Shown here piece by piece: positions 57,171-64,000 of a stretch of DNA of 64,000 nt. A model generated the notes under the pieces. The model was not told the DNA's origin, searched no databases, and saw only the letters and a program-made list of their open reading frames with translations. Origin of the DNA: the human T2T-CHM13v2.0 reference genome, Homo sapiens. The stretch lies in assembly GCF_009914755.1 (NCBI RefSeq), contig NC_060938.1; one strand, written 5' to 3'. Both the position numbers and the translations under genes were made by a program. Numbering within the stretch: position 1 is the stretch's first letter; every line of letters starts with the position of its first letter.

Positions 57171-57825
57171 CCTAAATTACTTTTAAATCCAGATAAAGTC
57201 ATGCTTTGCTTTCCACACAGTAATGTCTTGTGTAATATGAAGAGAATTGATGATGCAGTATTTAAGAGTATTCCACTCCAGTTTTGTGACTTTTCTTCCA
57301 AAATGCTAACATTCATCCTATAGATATTGATCTGATATGGTCTTACTTAATAATCTGTGGATTGGTTCTTATTCTTCTATTGAATATATGTCTCTGGATG
57401 TCAAGTAGCTTTCATTCAAAATCTGCAAAATTTTGATAAATTGATATGTGACATGTTAATGACAGATTTATGTTATGCATGATTTAGACATCGCCTTCTT
57501 TTATTGACTTTGAAATTTCATTTACTCAAAGGGACCTTGAAATTTTATCTACCTTCAATTAGTACATTTGTAATTGTACCAACTTAGTTAAATTGATGAT
57601 CAAATGAATAGCTCTGACCAAATTTGCATAAGAACAGGCAGAGATAATTATGTCATAATGGCTGTCTAAAATAACGATTAAGGAATTTCGATATTTGGTA
57701 AGTTAAATTGTGAAAAATACATCTTAGAATCTGTGAAATATATTATTTTTATAATATATTTTGTGGAAATCAACCTGATCATTCATTTGATCGTTCACTG
57801 CATTTTTATAAAATGCTTGTTCTGA

Positions 57826-58173
<348 letters not shown>

Positions 58174-59846
58174 GGAAACAGCCACTTTTTCTAAGCTTGG
58201 TTTTTGAATATTGGTACTTATAAAGGGTAATATATTGACATTATTTTTGTTAGGCTTACAATAAAAAATTTTGGAAGAAATAATGTCAAAACAACACATA
58301 AGAGCTATAAAGGAGTTAATAAAATAAGGATATTATTTACCAAGCTCAATTTCCCAGAAACCAAAGACCAAGGCCTTGTCCCTGGTACAGCTGAGTGCCT
58401 AGGTTCACTCACTCAGATGTAACAACTTTGCTATGTACTAGTACAAGCAGTGTACAATGTAATGTGGCTATAGGGAATCCTACCACTTTGCAAACATGGC
58501 ATTTTTTTAATATGAAATAAAAGATCATGGTTATGAGCATGATTAATATGTTCATAACTTTTTATGGTGTTTTTAACCTATCAGTTTAAAATAATTCCTA
58601 GATTCTGGACCTACTTTTTAATGGTAACTATATAGATCATTTATAAATAAAGCTTCTTACTTTTTATTTTGGAATGCTTTGCATTCATATGAGCTACGCT
58701 TAGCTGCTGGTTTCATAACAAACCTAATATAAGGTTTCCAGAAAAATAATAGTTATATATGTCTAAATCACTGGTTAAACTCAAAGTTTTTCTTTATACA
58801 ATTATGTACAACTTCAGAGTTTTTAATATACTCCTGCAGTTTTAAAACTGAAAATTTACTAGAAAAGTTTGATAATTTGGGGAGCAGAGATAAGGAGAAA
58901 GTTATGTAACAATAAATACTTTAATAATAAATGCAAATCACAACTCTGGTCAATATTTTACTAGAACAGTCACTTCCAAAAAATATGTTTAGATAAAACA
59001 CTTAAAAAGAAAACAGTGTTAGTAGAAAATAGTCAGCTTTCAATTAAGCTGGCAATTATATTTTAGAGTGATTGGAGATTCAGGAAATCATATTAAATAA
59101 GATAGTGAGGACGAATAAGTTGGAAACTCGTTATGCTGTTAATCTTAAAGAGAGGTGACACTTTGACCTAATTTTGGTTTCATCTGCATGGCTGTAACAT
59201 AGCGAAGCCTGAAGGAACATTCCTATTCCTGATCTACTCTAGCTAATCCTCTTATGCTACCCTTTGGGCACTGAATAAATTACAGCTAATCTACAAACAA
59301 CAGGAGGATCTATGCAATTTCAGCTTTCAGGAGCAAAGACAGAAAAAATTTTCTAGGGGAATGAAAAGTAAGGAATAATGAACACCAGTCCACAATGACT
59401 CTTTCAAATAAAGATGAAACTACATTTTCAGTCTATAGAAAGTATGTTTCAGAGAGAAAAAAACCCACAGAGATACGCAGTTTTACTTTGATCACAAATA
59501 AATATACCATATTGTGTTTCCTAAAATGTTGGTGGAAGAAAAAAGTCCATTTTAGGGAACCGAGCTTACATGGACTGAAATAGATATCGCTGATGGGGTA
59601 GGTGTCAGAAAACTTCCCGAGATTGCAAGGGCCTATCTGCATCAAGAAACAGTATTAGTCACTTAAATTTGACAACTGGCATAGAAACTTTTCCAAACCC
59701 AGAAAAGAAACTACTTAGGAACCAAGTGTCCACTACTGTTAGGATTGTCTAGGACTCTGGATGCCTCTCCTACCCACCTCTGGCTCAGAGATGACTGCAC
59801 TGGCCATCAGGATACAGTCATATGATCTATGACAAATATTCTGCAA

Positions 59847-60342
59847 CAGGGGTCCCCAACCCCTAGTACTAGTCCGTGGCCTGTTAGGAACTGAGCCACA
59901 TAGCAGCAGTTGAGCTGCTGGTTAGTTTACAGCTGCTCCCCATTGCTAGCATTAGGACATGAGCTCTGCCTGCTGTCAGATGAGCAGTGGCATTAGATTC
60001 TCATAGGAGCGTAAACCCTACTATGAGCTGCACTTGCAAAGGATCTAGGCTGTGTGCTTCTTTTGAGAATCTGGTGCCTGATGATCTGTCACCGTGTCCC
60101 ATCACCACAAGATGAAACCATCTAGTTGCAGGAAAACAAGCTCAGGGCTCCCACTGATTCTACATCATGATGAGTTGTATAATTATTTCATTATATATTA
60201 CAAAGTAATAAAAATAGAAATAAAGTGCACAATAAATGTAATGTACTTGAATTATCCTGAAAGCATCCCGTAACCCACAGTTAGTGAAAAAATTGTCTTC
60301 CACAAAACTGGTCTCTGTGCCAAAAAGGTTGGGGAACCTCTG
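59847..60342. mobile_element. MER1A (hAT-Charlie) DNA transposon
   Basis: TIRs CAGGGGTCCCCAACC / GGTTGGGGAACCTCTG; internal gcattagattctcataggagc and ctagttgcaggaaaacaagctcaggg. Confidence 0.9.
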
Positions 60343-60384
60343 CTCTTACAAGTGGGTGAGATGTAGAGATTGTCAACTTTTGGA

Positions 60385-63300
60385 GACACATTCTTTTCAC
60401 CTGTTTATTAGTCATCTCTACTTTCTTTTTTTTTTTTTTTCCTAAATTGTCTGTATCTGTTTTCTTTACCCACTTTCTAATGAGAGATTTGGCTTTTTAA
60501 TTGTTTGTCAATGTGTTAGATATCTTCATATTCTGAGGATATTAAATAAATATTTGACATAAAGTTGCAAATAATTTTCCTTCATTTACTTTTAGCCTTT
60601 TAATAAACCTTATTATGTTTTTTGCTCATAACAGATCTTATACATTTCTTTTATATATATATATATCTACAGCTATTAATCACTTTCTTCACAATTTCTG
60701 CCTTTGGTATCTTATATAAATATTTTCTTACCATTTAATTTATATAAGCATTTTTTCTGTATAAATTTTTTCATCTAGAGAGATTAAAATTACTCTCATT
60801 TTTTTGAAATGTTTTATCAACTCAGTTATTTGGATTTAATCTTTAAATCTATTTGAAATTGCTTTTGAATGAAATAAGGTTCTAAGTTTTCCTGTAAAGG
60901 TAGACAATTGTCAGTCATAGAAAATCCTTCATGTATGATTTACAATATAATCATTATAGTACATTAAAAGTATTTTGGTTTTGTCTGCACTGTTCTGTTT
61001 TATAGTTTCTCCTCATACATGTACTAGAATGTTTAAGACTACTGAAGTTTTAGAATCACTTTTAATATTTGATAATGAATACTAAGCTTTCCCTTCAGTT
61101 GTTTGTTAGCTTATTTATTGAAGTATAACTGTATATTAAGCAGCACACATTTATATGTACAATTTGATAAGTTTGAAATACAGAAAGATCCATACAATTA
61201 TCACCACAATGACAATAATTAGCATATTCTTCATCTCTAAAAGTTCACTCATGTCTCTTTGTCATTCTCTTGTATTCTCAGTTCAGCTAGTATCTACCCT
61301 CTCCCTATACAACCATTGATCTGCATGGTCTTTCATCAATATAGCTAACTTTGCTTTTTTAAATATTATATAAGCAATCATTCAGAATGTAATTTTAAGG
61401 CATCTGGCTCCCTTTACTCATTGTTATCATTTTTAGATTCATATATGTTGTTATGGGCATCAATAGTTTATCATTTTTTGCTACATAGTATTTTGTTATA
61501 TTTCCACATTGCAATTTTTTACCCAATTCACTATTAGTGAATGTTTTGGTGGTTTCCAGTTTTGGCTATTACAAACAAAGCTGCTTCATTATATGTATGT
61601 AAGTATTTGTATGGATGTATGCTTTTACCCATGTAAATACCTAGAAGAGAAAATAACTGAATTGTATGGTAGCATTATGTTTAACTTTTTCAGAAACTGA
61701 TAAAATTATTTCCAAGTTAATTTACCATTTTACATTTCTGCCATCAATGTACATCCTCTTTGTTGAAGGGACTATTCAAATACTATGCTCAATTATTTGA
61801 GACTTCTTTTCATACTCTGGATACAAGTCCTTTATCAGATAATTGGCTAGTTTGTGATTCGTTGGCATATTCTTTTAACATTATTTTCTGCAGAGTGAAC
61901 ATAAGTCCTAGGACATATTTGACAACCTTAGGGTTATAATTTTTCTCATATGATGTCTCCTAGATGTTTTATAGCTTTCTATGTAGTCCTATGATGCATT
62001 TTTGAGATAATTTTTACTATAAGTTTAGAACTAGAAATACCATTTGACCCAGCAATCCCATTACTGTGTATATACCCAAAGGATTATAAATCATGCTGCT
62101 ATAAAGACACATGCACATGTATGTTTATTGTGGCACTATTCACAATAGCAAAGACTTGGAACCAATCCAAATGTCCAACAATGATAGACTGGATTAAGAA
62201 ATTGTGGCACATATACACCATGGAATACTATGCAGCCATAAAAAATGATGAGTTCATGTCCTTTGTAGTGACATGGATGAAGCTGGAAACCATCATTCTG
62301 AGCAAACTATCACAAGTACAGAAAACCAAACACCGCATGTTTTCACTCATAGGTGGGAATTGGACAATGAGAACACTTGGACACAGGGCGAGGAACATCA
62401 CACACTGGGGCCTGTAGTGAGTTGGGGGCATGGGGGAGGGACATCATTAGGAGAAATACCTAATGTAAATGTCAAGTTAATGGGTGCCGCAAAGCAACAT
62501 AGCACATGTATACATATGTAACAAACTGCATGTTGTGCACATGTACCCTAGAACTTAAAGTAAATAAAAAAAATAAGTTTAGAATTATATGTGAAACATT
62601 GACATGCCCATTTGTTGAAAAAGGCTTCCATGTATCTATTGAATTACCTATACATCTTTGTCAAAAATCTATCAACCACATGCATGTGGCTCATTTTATG
62701 AATAATCTGCATTGTTCCATTGATAAATTATTCAATGGCTATGCCAATACCATGCTGACTTGATTATTGAAGCCTTGTAATAAGCCTTTCAGTCACGTAG
62801 TACAAGCCTTCCAGCTTTATTCTTATTTTTCAAAAAATGTGTAGCTCTTCTAGGCTCTTTGCATTTTCACAGAAATTTTATAATCAACTTGTTAATGGGA
62901 TTCTACAAAAATAAGCTTCCTATGATTTTTGATTGGTGTTAAGTTTAATTCATATATCAATCTAAGGATAAATGACATCTTTATAATATTGTCTTCAGAT
63001 ATATTACATATATCTTTACATAATTATTTGTCTTCTTCAACTTCTCTTAACTTTACTTTGTATTTTTCTCTCTATAGATCTTGAACATTTTTTGTTGATT
63101 ATATCTCCCAGCATTTCATATTTCTGATTCTGTTGTAGGTCGTAATTTTTATATCTATGGTTGAATATATGTTCTTAGTATATACAAGTTAAATTCATTT
63201 TTCTAGCTTAATCTTATATTTTGAAACTTTGCTAACATTATTTATTCTAGAAGTTTATTTTGTAGATTCTGTAGGATTTTCTATACAAATGTTCACATCT

Positions 63301-64000
63301 TCTGCAAGTGGAGATTTAGTTCTTCCTTTCAAAACTGAATAAATTTTACTTATTTTTCTGGCCTTATTACATTGTCTAAAACCTCTTGTACAGAGTTGAA
63401 TATAAGTGAATACAGCAATTATCCATCCCTTACCCCTGGTTTTAGGGTAAAAGCATTAAGTATTTCATGATTAAATATGAGATTAGCTGTAAATTTATTT
63501 GGAGATGCCCTTACTCAGACAGAGAAAAACCCATTATATTCTGAATTTACTAAGCTATATCATCAGGAATGAATTTTCTAAATGCTTTTTCTGCATCTGT
63601 TGGGATGACAGTATGTTTTGTTTGGTTTAGTCTGTTTATACGGTGAATTATGTCACGATAATTATTGTCTTATCTGTTTCTATTTGATGTTTTGTCAATT
63701 TTTGTTTTATTTATTTGATGCTTCAGCTTTAAGTACACATCAGTTTGGATTATTTGGTCCTCTTAAAGAATTTGACAACTTTGATTATTAACCTTGGCAA
63801 TATTCTTTCCTCATACATCTACTGTATTTCATATTAATAATGTTACTTTGATTTTCTTTTGATTAATGTTAGAATGGAATTTTTCTGTTTTACTTTAATT
63901 TTATTTCAGTCTTTATATTAGGTTGAATTTCTTATTAACAGCATATTAATAGGTCTTTCTTTTTTATCAAAACTAACAATCTTTTACATTGAATTTTGTT
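60385..64000 (-). mobile_element. Old antisense L1M fragments (L1ME, then L1MC/MD-type from about 61110)
   Basis: 3' end motif tttattgaagtataac...tacaatttgataagtttga at 61115, followed by ORF2 antisense sequence to the window end. Confidence 0.7.
62031..62572 (+). mobile_element. 5'-truncated L1PA (L1PA5-like) with 12-bp TSD
   Basis: ORF2 C-terminus (ORF 62121-62417) and ggagaaatacctaatgtaaat. TSD ATAAGTTTAGAA at 62019-62030 and 62573-62584. Confidence 0.92.

Overview
This is AT-rich human non-coding DNA (gene desert or large intron) made mostly of interspersed repeats: Alu, old and young L1, MaLR/ERV1 LTRs, MER DNA transposons, MIR and L2. I found no host protein-coding exon; the meaningful ORFs are all retroelement remnants. 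The main feature is a HERV-K(HML-6)/LTR3 provirus (40592-51112, TSD CATATC). Its gag is split by a same-strand HML-2 LTR5 solo LTR (TSD GAAGC), which is itself split by a 5'-inverted (twin-primed) L1PA2-like element with a 14-bp TSD; an Alu sits at the poly(A) signal of the 3' LTR. The LTR5/gag junction creates an open 119-aa ORF fusing LTR5 sequence to an HML-6 nucleocapsid with two intact zinc knuckles. A GC-rich island at about 30.8-31.9 kb holds a clear U1 snRNA pseudogene, weaker U6-like and U1-like relics and a poly(A) tail, and may be a chimeric snRNA retrocopy. Next to it is a human-specific pre-Ta L1HS insertion lacking a normal TSD. Subfamily calls come from recalled consensus diagnostics, and boundaries of old repeats are approximate.
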